Assembly (NCBI RefSeq): GCF_001194135.2
Contig: NC_068983.1
Location: 16,820,644-16,870,686, forward strand
DNA length: 50,043 nucleotides
Reading direction: 5' to 3'
Origin: Octopus bimaculoides
Taxonomy: Eukaryota
The number at the start of each line of letters is the position of its first letter. The first letter of the stretch is position 1. Of this stretch, positions 22,809-34,660 are shown piece after piece. Under the pieces are notes generated by a model, which was not told where the DNA came from, did no database searches, and saw only the letters and a list, made by a program, of their open reading frames with translations. The translations under genes were made by a program, and so were the position numbers.

Positions 22809-23857
22809 GTTATATTCGGGGCGAAATTCGCACCCACGCGCGCAAGCACGCACACACGCGCGTATGTATATATATGATTGTATGTATGTGTATGTGTGGC
22901 TGGCTGGATGTGTCTTATGCATATAAATCTGTAAATATGCATATATATGTCGACCATGCTATAACGACATATTTGAACGTGTTTACATTCTGAACGTATG
23001 CCCATCCAATAATTTCTATTTTATAAACAATAGTCTCTATGAGCGCATATAGTCATTACTGTGTACGCGCACCAGATAACCAACATGAATATCATACATA
23101 CATACAGATATACATATATGCACACACATACACACACACACAAAAAAAAACTCTGCGTATGAATGTCCCCCAGGTCAGGCTATGTAGCGAATTTAATAAT
23201 AACATTATAAACTACGGGTCTGGACAACCTTCAAAGCTATAATTCCAACACTGTCCACTATACTGGTCTATTGTATAAGCTATTTGCGTTTTAGTATCTG
23301 CAGGTATGCTACTGTAGTATCTTACCTAGTGTGGCCTCTTCATCCAGGCTCACTTTATGCATCTGCACACACACCTGCCCGTATCACCTCCCTTAGCTCA
23401 ATTGTATTTTATTTTCGTTACATTTATTTCAAAGATAATAATGTATTTTTTCTATACTATAGTATAATTTTTTTCCTATAGCATAGTATTTTTCTGTATA
23501 TTCAAGTCGGCTGATAATCTTGCAAGCTCCCGAAAGCGAGATTAATTTTTTATATTTCTTGTTTACGCACACCAAATACTCAATAATAAAGTTACAATAG
23601 CGTATTCTAATTTGCATGCGATTATGTATACACAAAATATAGCAGCAAATACGAATATTAATATATATGTGTGTGTGTGTGCGTATGTGTATATATATAT
23701 ATAATATATATATATAAATGCATGCATATATGTGTGTGCACTTGTGTGTGTGTGTATGGGTATGCATTGAGAGGAAAATTGTGCATAAGAAGAATCAGAT
23801 GTATTATGGAAGAGAGAAGACTTCTTGGTAATTTTTTGATTGACACCCACACAATTA

Positions 23858-24023
23858 CCTAACCCTAACCCTAAAACCCTAAACCTAACCCTAACACTGA
23901 CCCTAAAACCGTAACCCTAACACTAACCCTAACCCTAAACCTAAACCTAACCCTAACACTGACCCTAAAACCGTAACCCTAACACTAATCCTAACCCTAA
24001 CCCTAACCCTAACCCTAACCCTA
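23858..24023 (-). repeat. Interstitial telomere-like (TTAGGG)n array, degenerate, with a 62-bp higher-order unit
   Basis: (CCCTAA)n on the + strand. The unit starting AAACCTAACCCTAACACTGACCC occurs at 23881 and 23943. Pure repeats at about 23991-24023. Confidence 0.92.
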
Positions 24024-24499
24024 GTGAAAATCGTGCGGGTGTTAATCTGAAAAATTACCGACTTCTTTGGTGTAGTCATGTGGTGATACATATAGATGAG
24101 AATATCTGTATAAAAAAGTGCTGATTGCTAAATATGGATGGAACTTGTGGAAAGGGAAATCCCATGAAGGCATGGTGTGAAGTAGTAAAGGCTGATCTCC
24201 AAATGCTGAGCCTCAGAGAGGAGATGAGAAAGTATGATTAGCAATTTGCTGTGCTTGAGAGTAGCTATCAGACATGACAAAAATTAGTTCCTAGAAGCAT
24301 AATGTTTATAATGTTTCTGTCTATACACTTACTGGACTCTGCCCCTGCACTCACTCTAACTCTGTCAAGCTTTCCCTATCTATTTTCTTCTTAACACCCA
24401 TCCCTTCATTACTCCTCTAACTATGACACCACTACATATCACTGTCATCCATGCACACACATACACATGCACACACACACACACACACACACACAAGAC

Positions 24500-25930
24500 T
24501 TCCAGAACTGAGTTTTGCCAAGTTGGAAAAGACTCCTCAAGAATCAAATTGCATCTTACCACTCCCTTGACATCTACTCCATAAGGTTCAAAGTCTTGAA
24601 ATCAGACTCCACCACTTCATCCCATATCTTCCTGAATCTCCTTTTTCTGCAAGCACCATTCATATTAAACAATCAGCACTTCTTTATACAACTCCCCTTA
24701 TCCATTTGCATTACGTGTCCATACCAGCACAGTTTTCTTTCTTGCACACTATTTCTTATGCCCAGTTTTACTCTCAGCCCATTTGTACTATGACATTCAT
24801 GTACACTAACATTACATATCCAGTGGAGCATGCTTCTTTCATTCCTTTCCTGCCTTCTAAAATCCTCTGTATTCAAAGACCATGTCTCACTATATAGCAT
24901 TGCAGTTTGTATGCAGTTACCAATAGAGATAATAAATTCCTGAATATCCTACATTTTGCTCTTACACTGGTTAATACACTTTGAGAACATCTTCCACCAT
25001 TACTAATTTCATTACCTAGATAACAGAAGCTATCTTCTACCTCTAGAGATCTTCCTGAACATCTATTTGTCATGCATTCTTAGAGATACAAATTCTGCTG
25101 TTTCTGTTAACCTGCCTATGATTCCACTCCTTGTATATCTATAGTTTCCATTGAATACACTGTATTAAATTTATACCCACTCCATTTCTACATATTGAGT
25201 AAGGACCTTTCCCTGATAGTGGTGAGGTCCTGTCTGTTTTTCTATTTCCTAAAACTTAGTCTTTGCTAGGTTAACTTTGAGGCTCTTTGATTCCAGATTT
25301 TGCTTCTTCACCTGGAATTTCTTCTAACTCCACTAAAGATATAAGGACAAAGTAATCAGTGTTTAACTGTTTCCACAACAATCCATTTTTGAACTCTTCT
25401 GTTATGGTCTGGAAGTCTACAATAAATAAATGGAGTCTGAGTAATAAGTCCTAAATTTCTTACTGCTCTTGTTGCTAACTTTCAACTTGCTAACAGCAAC
25501 TCTGTATGGAGTGTATAGTTCTCACAACCCATTCATCTACTGCTAGCTTCCTCAGTGACTACCAGATCACCAAGTAAAGAACTCTGTCAAAGGCTTTCTC
25601 CAGGTTAACAAATGACGGGTACAACGACATTCTCTTAACCAAGTACTTGTAGCTATTTCACTTGGAAGGTGACACCAGCAGTACTTCTTTCCTGCATAAA
25701 ATCAAACTGCATTTCATCTAGCTTAATTCTCTTCCTAATCAATTAAGCTATAACTCTGTCCGCAACTTTCATGACCTACTCCAGTAACTTGATACCCCTG
25801 TAATAGCCGATACTCTTGTAATGGTTAACTACTACAGTCATCATGTATATCAAGTATGATACCTTCTTGTACATCCTGATTAACTACATGGATGACTAGT
25901 CCATCTCTTATTCCAGCTTGTTTACTAATT
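24500..25930 (-). mobile_element. Old RTE-like LINE fragment in SLC12A9 intron 1
   Basis: ORF-track pieces (MLYSETWSL...ERSMLHWICNV...LCWYGHVMQMD; EVEDSFCYLGNEISNGG) and decayed RT motifs further upstream. Confidence 0.8.
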
Positions 25931-26270
25931 CTATTATAACTTTAGATCACAATGTGTAGCATCACATCATGTGAGGTTACCTAAGGGTATTAAGTGCTTG
26001 GAGGGAGTAGCAGGTCTCTGGATTTTGCAGTCATTTGGTGACATCTGTCACTTATTTGTGTTTATATTACTGTTAAAGTTAGCTTCTATTTCTATTTTTA
26101 TTCTGTTTTACTAACTTTGTAAATTTTAGAAACATGTTTAGTTTGTTGACTAAGGTGTTAGTTTATTACTGTGTTACAATTTATGGCTGTGTAGTAGAGA
26201 AGTCTGCTACTCAGACATGTAGCTTTAGATTCAATCACTCTATGTATCACCTTGAGTATATGTCTTCTAC

Positions 26271-26420
26271 TATAGTCCAGGGCTGACCAATTCTCTATAG
26301 CCCAGAGCTGACCAATTCTCTATAGCCCAGAGCTGACCAATACTTTATGGTCCAAGGCTAACCAATACTTTATAGCCCAGGGTTGATCAATACTCTATAG
26401 CCTAGGGCTGACCAACACTC
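26271..26420 (+). repeat. Minisatellite, 6 x 25 bp, amplified from inside a CORE-like SINE
   Basis: Unit TATAGCCCAGAGCTGACCAATTCTC; SINE sequence continues on both sides. Confidence 0.85.
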
Positions 26421-28020
26421 TGAATTTGGTTGATAGGAACTGAAAGCAGCTCATCATGACTATGTAGTAAGAAGTTTGCTTCCCAACCACGTCCACAATA
26501 GCCCCAGATCAAAAAGCTTTGTGAATGGATTTTGTAAATGGAAACTGAAAGTAGCACAGTATGTAGATAGATAGATAGATAGATAGGCTGGCAGGCAGGT
26601 AGGTAGGTGTGTGTGTGTGTGTGTGTGTGTGTGCATCACATAAAAAGTATCCAATCTACACTGTAAGGTGGTTAGCATTCAGAAGGGCATCTGGCAATAA
26701 AAACCATGCCAAAACTGACCTCACCTATGCTGGTACCACATAAAAAGCAATCAGTCCACTCTACGGGATGGTTGGCATTTGGAAGGGTATCCAGCTGTAA
26801 AAACCATGCCAAAACAAACACAGAGTTCTAGTGCAGTCTTCTGCCCGGCCAGCTCCTGTCAAACTGTCTGACTCATGCCAGCATGGAAGGCAGACGTTAA
26901 ACGATGATAATGATATATATGTATGTGTGTGTGTGTGTACAGGTCTGCTTGGTTTTGTAAATAGCTGTCTGTTGATTTCAGGTTTCCAATAGAATGATAG
27001 AATCTGATGAAATTAAAGAACTGGTCAGTTGGAAAATATGCTGCAAACCAATTTCACGTAGAATAACAACAAAAATTAATTGCTAAGTTCTGCTTAGTTA
27101 AAAGAAAGAAGACATGCATGCAAAAATGAAACATTTGTATCCAAAGTAGATTTTGATGTCATACAAAAATAAGGTTATTATAACCTGCAAAAATGTTACT
27201 TCATGCAAAATAAATAACAAAAGTTCATAAACTTACAGCATATTTGAATGCAACTAAAATCAGTAAATAAAATGTTGAAGATGATGATGTTGGTGTAGAC
27301 ATATATATATTTTTTCATTTACATATCTTCTACATAATCTCAACAACCAGCTTTAGTTATTTGAAAGAAACTGCTCTACAACGACCAGGTTTCATTAGAA
27401 AGTGAAAATAGTTTCACACTTTCAATTTGAACTAAAATTACAAAGTGTTGCATTATGAGAATGATGATGTGTGAATAATGAAAGTAGTGTTTCTCTAAAT
27501 TAGTCACATCTGTACTATAATAAAGAAAGCTGCTTATCATCTATCTATATATATTGGGTCATCTCATAAGTAATGTGGCTTTTTTCAATTGCATGAACTA
27601 AAAGTTAGAAGGGGACGGGATAAACTACCTGGATCAACTTGCTATAAAAGCAGGTAATAATTTTACCTTGTGCTTATTCTTAGTGCAAGTTTTGAAGACC
27701 CTCCATAAATCCAAAATTTTATTTTGGTATTTATGGGAGCAACTGTCTTCGAAGACTCATATTGTCATTGATTGCTCGAAATGGGGAGTAAATAGACAGC
27801 CGACAACTGATGAAGGGTCGTTCTTTACTTGTCCTGTTTTCCATTTTTTTCTCTCATTGTTTGCATACTTAACTCATTTGTTTTTGTATTTCATGTTGTT
27901 TACTGTTGGTGACATCCTGTACCCATATATGCATATATATATATATATATATAAATATATATATGTCTACACAGACATATATATATTTTTTATATCATTA
28001 TTTAATTGAACGCCACGCAT

Positions 28021-28283
28021 CCATTTCCTGTGCAGGTGGCACATAAAAAACACCATTTGAGCATGGCCATTGCCAGTACCGCCTGTCTGGCCCTCGTGCC
28101 GGTGGCACATAAAAGCACCCACTACACTCTCGGAGTGGTTGGCATTAGGAAGGGCATCCAGCTGTAGAAACTCTGCCAGATTAGATTGAAGCCTGGTGCA
28201 GCCATCTGGTTCACCAGTCCTCAGTCAAATCGTCCAACCCATGCTAGCATGGAAAGCGGACATTAAACGATGATGATGATGAT
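28021..28283 (+). mobile_element. Family A copy
   Basis: Matches 1-374; (GAT)n tail. Confidence 0.85.
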
Positions 28284-29044
28284 ATATATATATATATTTA
28301 AGAAGTTTTCATCAACTGACATAAAATAATAGGTATGTACTATGACTGCTTAGTTAGGTTTGCCACTAAAACCCTGGCTTGAACTGCAACTGAAAGTATG
28401 GTGTTGAGACTGCTTATCAGAGGCAGCTAGAAGGACATTTAATTTAGGTAGAGAATTTAGGCATACAGTCTCTAATGTTTATATTCTCTTTCTAAATTAA
28501 ATGGTCTTTTGAAGTGATGCCAAACGTTTTGCTTTTTCATTGTTACTTTAATCTATATTTAACAAATGTTGGTTAGTTGGTTGATTTCTCCAGTCATGCT
28601 TTACATCATGAAAGGAGAGTGGTAGGGAGAATGAAAGAGATACAGAAAGAATTAACACAAGAGGTACAGGGTGAGTATACATACTAGGCTTGCTGGTAGG
28701 CAATGAGTAAAGGAATACCATGCACCCACACACACAGAGTAAGAGAGAAAGAATCATAGAGACAGAGGAAGAAAAGGAGTATATGAAAGAGTAGTTTTGA
28801 GAGGAATTATGCAAACAAGAAAGTCATTTTATATAATTTTATTTTAAAATAAGTTTTTTTTTATAAATTAATATTCTTTTCATGATTTCACATAAGCACC
28901 AAGAAATTTGATACAAGTTTAATTATAATTATTGTACGTATGCCATATTTCCTGGTATTACCCAGGTTGGCAAAAGTATACTTCCAAAATTACCCATCAT
29001 ATTATAGGTAACACTCAAGTATATATATATATTTCTTTTAACTT

Positions 29045-29370
29045 GTTTCAGTGGTTAGAACATCAAGCTTACGATCGTGAGGTTGTGAGTTCGAATCCCG
29101 GACCGGGTTGTGTGTTGTGTCCTTGAGCAAGACACTTTATTTCATGTTGCTCCAGTTCACTCAGCTGTAGAAATGAGTTGCAACGTCACAGGTGCCAAGC
29201 TGTATCGGCCCCTTTGCCTTTCCCTTGGATAACACTGGTGGCGGGGAGAGTGGAGGCCCGTATGCATGGGTGACTGCTGGTCTTCCATAAACAACCTTAC
29301 CTGGACTTGTGCCTGGGAGGGTAACTTTCTAGATGCAATCCCATGGTCAGTCATGACCGATGGGGGTATC
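29045..29370 (+). mobile_element. tRNA-derived SINE (family C)
   Basis: GTGGTTAG...GAGTTCGAATCCCGG head, then TTGAGCAAGACACTTTA...CACTCAGCTGTAGAAATGAGT central domain. Related copy at about 43915-44160. Confidence 0.7.
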
Positions 29371-29732
29371 ATAATATATACACTGTTCATTAAACAATAT
29401 ATATATATATATATATATACATACANNNNNNNNNNNNNNNNNNNNNNNNNNNNNNNNNNNNNNNNNNNNNNNNNNNNNNNNNNNNNNNNNNNNNNNNNNN
29501 NNNNNNNNNNNNNNNNNNNNNNNNNNNNNNNNNNNNNNNNNNNNNNNNNNNNNNNNNNNNNNNNNNNNNNNNNNNNNNNNNNNNNNNNNNNNNNNNNNNN
29601 NNNNNNNNNNNNNNNNNNNNNNNNNNNNNNNNNNNNNNNNNNNNNNNNNNNNNNNNNNNNNNNNNNNNNNNNNNNNNNNNNNNNNNNNNNNNNNNNNNNN
29701 NNNNNNNNNNNNNNNNNNNNNNNNNNNTATAT

Positions 29733-29945
29733 ATATTGTTTAATGAACACAATGTATATTTTTATGAGCTACTAATAGTTTCATAGAATGAAAACAACAC
29801 AGCATTTTATAACATGTCTGGTGCCTTCATGCAATTTTCAGATGTGAAGGCATCAGACATGTTATAGAATTCTGTCTGTATTGTTTTCATTGTATGAAAC
29901 TCTTAGTAGCTCATAAAAGCATATACTGTGTTCATTAAACAATAT
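29733..29945. repeat. Foldback inverted repeat with about 97-bp arms and a 15-nt loop
   Basis: ATATTGTTTAATGAACAC...GTCTGGTGCCTTCA pairs with TGAAGGCATCAGAC...GTGTTCATTAAACAATAT. Confidence 0.85.
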
Positions 29946-30297
29946 TTATCTCACACCAGATGTAGTACTTTTTTTTTGTTGATCTTACCTTCATTAAACA
30001 GTATACTATATATTAGCATCACCATTTTATGCTCACTTTCCATACTAGGGTTCGTTGGACAATTCAACTGGATCCAGTGGGTTGGTGGATGATATTTTGC
30101 TTCACTGTCTCCGGTTTCACATGATTTTTATAGCTGAAATGCCCTTCCATAACACAAATCATTTTACAGAGTGTACAGGGTGCCTTTTTTCACAGCACCA
30201 TAACCAGTGAGGTTGCTTTATTACTTGCAAGACTGAAAAGCTACTACATTAAAGAAGAAAACTAGGAGGGCTTTAGACAAGGTTTTGGAAACATTAA

Positions 30298-30517
30298 CCC
30301 TTTAGCATTTAAACCGGCCATATCCGGCCAATATATTCTACCTTTTTTATGTTCAAACTGGCCAGATGTGGCCCCTCACACCTATCCTACAATATCATTC
30401 TAAAATTTAATAGTTACCTCATAAAAATTTGAAAGCTATCAGACAATGCATGATTAATTCAAAACAATGCTAATAAATAAATGTTACATTAGACAGAATA
30501 ATCTGAATGCTAAAGGG
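30298..30517. mobile_element. piggyBac-like MITE, 220 bp
   Basis: TTAA on both flanks; TIRs CCCTTTAGCATT and AATGCTAAAGGG. Related copies at about 6488-6705 and 37353-37564. Confidence 0.8.
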
Positions 30518-33460
30518 TTAAAGAATGACAAGAGGAACAAGTTTATTGTTAGCAAAAATTATTCCATGTTAACTTGGTACATTTTTTTAAATGAAATTTT
30601 ATATCACATTTTGTGAAGGATGACATCATTGATTACAATTATCTAATGGACCAATAACTTTTTCACTGTTTCCAAGAATGAGAGTGAAAAGGCAGTGCCT
30701 GTAACTCAATGCAATATCACAAGTGACTCTAGATTTTTCTATTTCCTGAACAATGTTAACATCTTTTGCTAATTTGCATTGACAGATGATACTTTCATGC
30801 AAGTGTGTGTGTGTGTGTGTGTTTTGTCTTTAATACAGGGGTGGTATACTCTGCCTATTGCTCAGGAGATCTGGGTTCAGTTCCTCATCAGGGAGGTCCA
30901 GCATTTCCTTTTGCAGGAAAGTTTAATGATGGTGGCTTTTGTTAGGACCCTAAGAAGGAAATGCCTGAGGACTCTACCCCAACAGCTCTCCCAGGAATAG
31001 TGACCAGAGAAAATAGAGGGACTAATGGACACATTGCCAGGCATGTCTATGTAGTTAATAAATTTGCTTCAGAACCACATGGTTTGGGGGTTAATTCTTC
31101 TGTTTGGATGCTCTTGAATGGTGTCCTTCATTATAGCCACAGATTGTATTTATGTATGTGTGTGTTTGAACTAGTTCATATTCCCCCTCATCATTACATA
31201 TGTAAGTGTGCTGATTGTAAATAAAAGTCTCACTCTTAATACAGATGTTATTATTTGTTTGCAGTCCATTGCAAAAGTATGTTTGAGTTTCTTGATATGT
31301 TGCACACTGATTATGTGTCAGCATGCAAATGGTATTGTTTTTTCTGCAGTCCTTTGTGAAAGCATGAGTGGGGTATTCATTATTTGAAACACAGGGGGAT
31401 TATCAGCTTGTTTGGAAATGGATGAACGTCAGTGTGAGGAAGGGTGTCTGGCTGTAGAAAAGTCCACTTCAGTGTAGTTTTAACTGATCCATGCAAACAT
31501 AGAAAAGTTGCTAATAAAATAAACACAATGATGACATCTATCTATCGCCACTATCCTCCATGAAAAAAAAATTTAATTTGTGTTCGTGGGAAGAGCCATT
31601 TTAACGATGCGTCTTGCCCTAACTCTTCGAAACGCTGGTGTTTTAATGGTGGCAGCTGATGAAGGATATGTTCTCTATGTGGCCTGCTTGTTTGTTGTAC
31701 CTTGTTTATCATTTTGTCCATGTTCTTTTGCAACGTCATGTACCCAGATATGTATCTATATGTACATGTAGATGAAGGTATGTACATATATATGCNNNNN
31801 NNNNNNNNNNNNNNNNNNNNNNNNNNNNNNNNNNNNNNNNNNNNNNNNNNNNNNNNNNNNNNNNNNNNNNNNNNNNNNNNNNNNNNNNNNNNNNNNNNNN
31901 NNNNNNNNNNNNNNNNNNNNNNNNNNNNNNNNNNNNNNNNNNNNNNNNNNNNNNNNNNNNNNNNNNNNNNNNNNNNNNNNNNNNNNNNNNNNNNNNNNNN
32001 NNNNNNNNNNNNNNNNNNNNNNNNNNNNNNNNNNNNNNNNNNNNNNNNNNNNNNNNNNNNNNNNNNNNNNNNNNNNNNNNNNNNNNNNNNNNNNNNNNNN
32101 NNNNNNNNNNNNNNNNNNNNNNNNNNNNNNNNNNNNNNNNNNNNNNNNNNNNNNNNNNNNNNNNNNNNNNNNNNNNNNNNNATGAAGTATTTTGCTCAAG
32201 AACACAATGCATCATGCATTTCCAGGAATTGAAATCACAATCTCGCAATCATGATAGTATGTTACCCAGTTTAGCATTACCACTTGGCACTTGGGTGCTT
32301 TTAGTGGGATCCACTTTTGGGAGTATTTAGTTTGATCAGGAGACAACACCTGAGTCATGGATTCTTCCTCTTTTTAGTCTTATAAATCTTAAAACCTTAA
32401 ACCATTAAAAAATGATCATAGACACTGCCCTTCTTCTTATAACTAAGCCATATCAACCCACCTAGGACATCCCCCCCCCCCACTGCCCCTGCTCTTTAGT
32501 ACAGATGTCTTGTTTTTCAAAAGTTTTGAATTAAAATCTTTGACCTAAACTTAGTCTTAGTTTATGTTCTTGACACTAACTTAATGATCCTTACTACTAA
32601 AGCAAAAGGCTTGAAATTTTGGGAGAGGGGACTAGTCAATTACATCAACCCCAGTGTATCACTGGTACTTAATTTATCGACTCTGAAAGGATGAAAGGCA
32701 AAGTCAACCTTGACAGAATTTGAACTCAGAACGTAAAAATGGACAAAATACCGCTAAGCAATTTGCCCAATGTGCTAACGATTCTGCCAGCTCACCGCCT
32801 TACACTAACCTAATAACAACAAAGTTATTTTACTAAATTCTTTGTTTTATTTAAAATTAATTGAAACAAACACTGAGTATCTCAACAGAAATATGGTAAC
32901 AAAAGGGTTAAGCAAAGAAACAAAAAAAACACAACTGGCAGAGATTTATATAAGGAGAATGTTGAGGGAGACCTGGGTGCTATATCACTATAGAAAAAAA
33001 TGCCTCCTTATTAACTTATTCATGACCTTTGCCCTAAAATTTGGCAACACAGTCAGCTGATCTCCATCGCGTCACTTAACATTTTACTTGAAAGTGATGT
33101 AACTGTCATATGCAGTGATAGTCCATGTCTTTTAGTGCAATTGTTTGTTTTTGTTGTTTTAAGAGATGTTTGTTATGCTGTTTCAATATCCACAACTTGC
33201 TTATTTAGTGAGTGGGGTAGATTTCATTTGTAAGTATAGCACTGATCATCAACATCATCATCATCATCATCCTTTAATGTCCATTTTCATTTTCCATGTT
33301 GGCATGGATTGGATGGTTTGACCACAGCTGGCAAATCAGAGAGCTGCACCAGGTTCCAGTTTGATTTGGTTTGGTTTCTATGGTTGGATGCCCTTCCTAA
33401 TGCTTGAGAAATGGTATTTTATAGTGGTGTTGGTAGGCATATGAGAAAATAATAATAATA

Positions 33461-33662
33461 AAACAGTATCAGAAGGCATCAAGAAGAATATAAAGGAAAT
33501 TGGAATAGAGTACCCAGTAGAGTACCAAACTGTTACAAAAAGTTTGCTTCCTTGACATGGCCAGAATAATCAGTAAAGTATGAAAGAGTTGAAAAGAACA
33601 GATAGCATGGTACCATAGGCTGCAGTCAAGACTCCGGGAGTTCCAACAAAACCTGAGTTAAA
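33461..33662 (+). mobile_element. Second, different R4/Dong-like 3' end in (TAA)n
   Basis: GIKKNIKEIGIEYPVE...KVCFLDMARIISKV-like translation with a frameshift. 3' end AAACCTGAGTTAAAA(TAA)n. Confidence 0.6.
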
Positions 33663-33693
33663 AATAATAATAATAATAATAATAATAATGATA

Positions 33694-33955
33694 ACAGAAA
33701 CAATTCCTATCATAGTAGGTGCCTTATGTATAATAAAAAAATATTCAGACAAATACATAACAAAAACACCAGGACTTACAAATATATATAACATACAGAA
33801 AATTGCACTACTGGGCACTGCACACATTCTATGCAAAACACTTTCAATACAGTAAACATAAGAGCACCACAGCAAACCGCAGCACATACCCAAGGCGCAC
33901 AGAGCTGCGCTCGGTAGTGAAGTGAAAGCACGTTATAAAAATAAAACTACTGAAC
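33694..33955 (+). mobile_element. R4/Dong-like (RLE-clade) non-LTR retrotransposon 3' end in (TAA)n
   Basis: Translation TETIPIIVGALCIIKKYSDKYITKTPGLTNIYNIQKIALLGTAHILCKTLSIQ* (33694-33855), typical of an RLE C-terminus. (TAA)n on both sides. Confidence 0.8.
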
Positions 33956-34212
33956 AATAATAATAATAATAATAATAATAATTATAATTTCAAGTTTAGC
34001 CCCAAGGGCAGCAGTTTGTGGGGAGGGGATGAGTTGATTACATTGACCCCCAGTGTTCAACTGGTACTGATTTTATCAACCTCAAAAGGAGGAAAGGTAA
34101 AGTTGACCTCAGCAGAACTTGAACTCAGAACATAACAACAAGCGAAATACTACTAAGCATTTCGTTCTATGCGCTAACGATTCCACCTTGAATAATAATA
34201 ATGATAATAGTA

Positions 34213-34243
<31 letters not shown>

Positions 34244-34254
34244 TAATAATAATT

Positions 34255-34660
34255 CTCTCTTACTTGTTTCAGTCATTTGACTGCGGCCATGCTGGAGCAC
34301 CACCTTTTTAGTCAAGCAAATCGACCCCAGGACTTATTCTTTGGAAGCCTAGTATTTATTCTATTGATCTCTTTTGCCGAACTGCTAAGTTACGGGGATG
34401 TAAACACACCACCATCGGTTGACAAGTGATGTTGGTGGGGACAAACACAAACACACAAACATATACACACGCATACATACATATATATATATACATATAT
34501 ACGACGGGCTTCTTTCAGTTTCTGTCTACCAAATCCACTCACAAGGCTTTGGTCGGCCCGAGGCTATAGTGGAAGACACTTGCCCAAGGTGCCACGCAGT
34601 GGGAATGAACCCGGAACCATGTGGTTGGTAAGCAAGCTACTTACCACACAGCCACTCTTA
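34255..34660 (-). mobile_element. CORE-like tRNA SINE, complete and young, flanked by (TAA)n
   Basis: CCTTGGGCAAGTGTCTTC core and GACTGAAACAAGTAA tail. Related copies at about 1040-1270, 2085-2455, 5950-6155, 6745-7195, 17620-18020 and 26170-26600. Confidence 0.75.

Noticed and set aside
22655-24023. (TTAGGG)n followed by (CCCTAA)n, resembling a telomere-telomere fusion scar
   Set aside because: Only two repeats on one side, 1.2 kb of unrelated DNA between them, and each tract sits inside its own inverted-repeat element.
23858-24023. CRISPR-like or coding repeat (ORF 23903-24091)
   Set aside because: Simple telomeric hexamer variants without spacers, in eukaryotic context.
27552-27660. Mariner-like left end TATTGGGTCATCTCATAAGTAATG
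   Set aside because: No matching right TIR or transposase found; too little to call.
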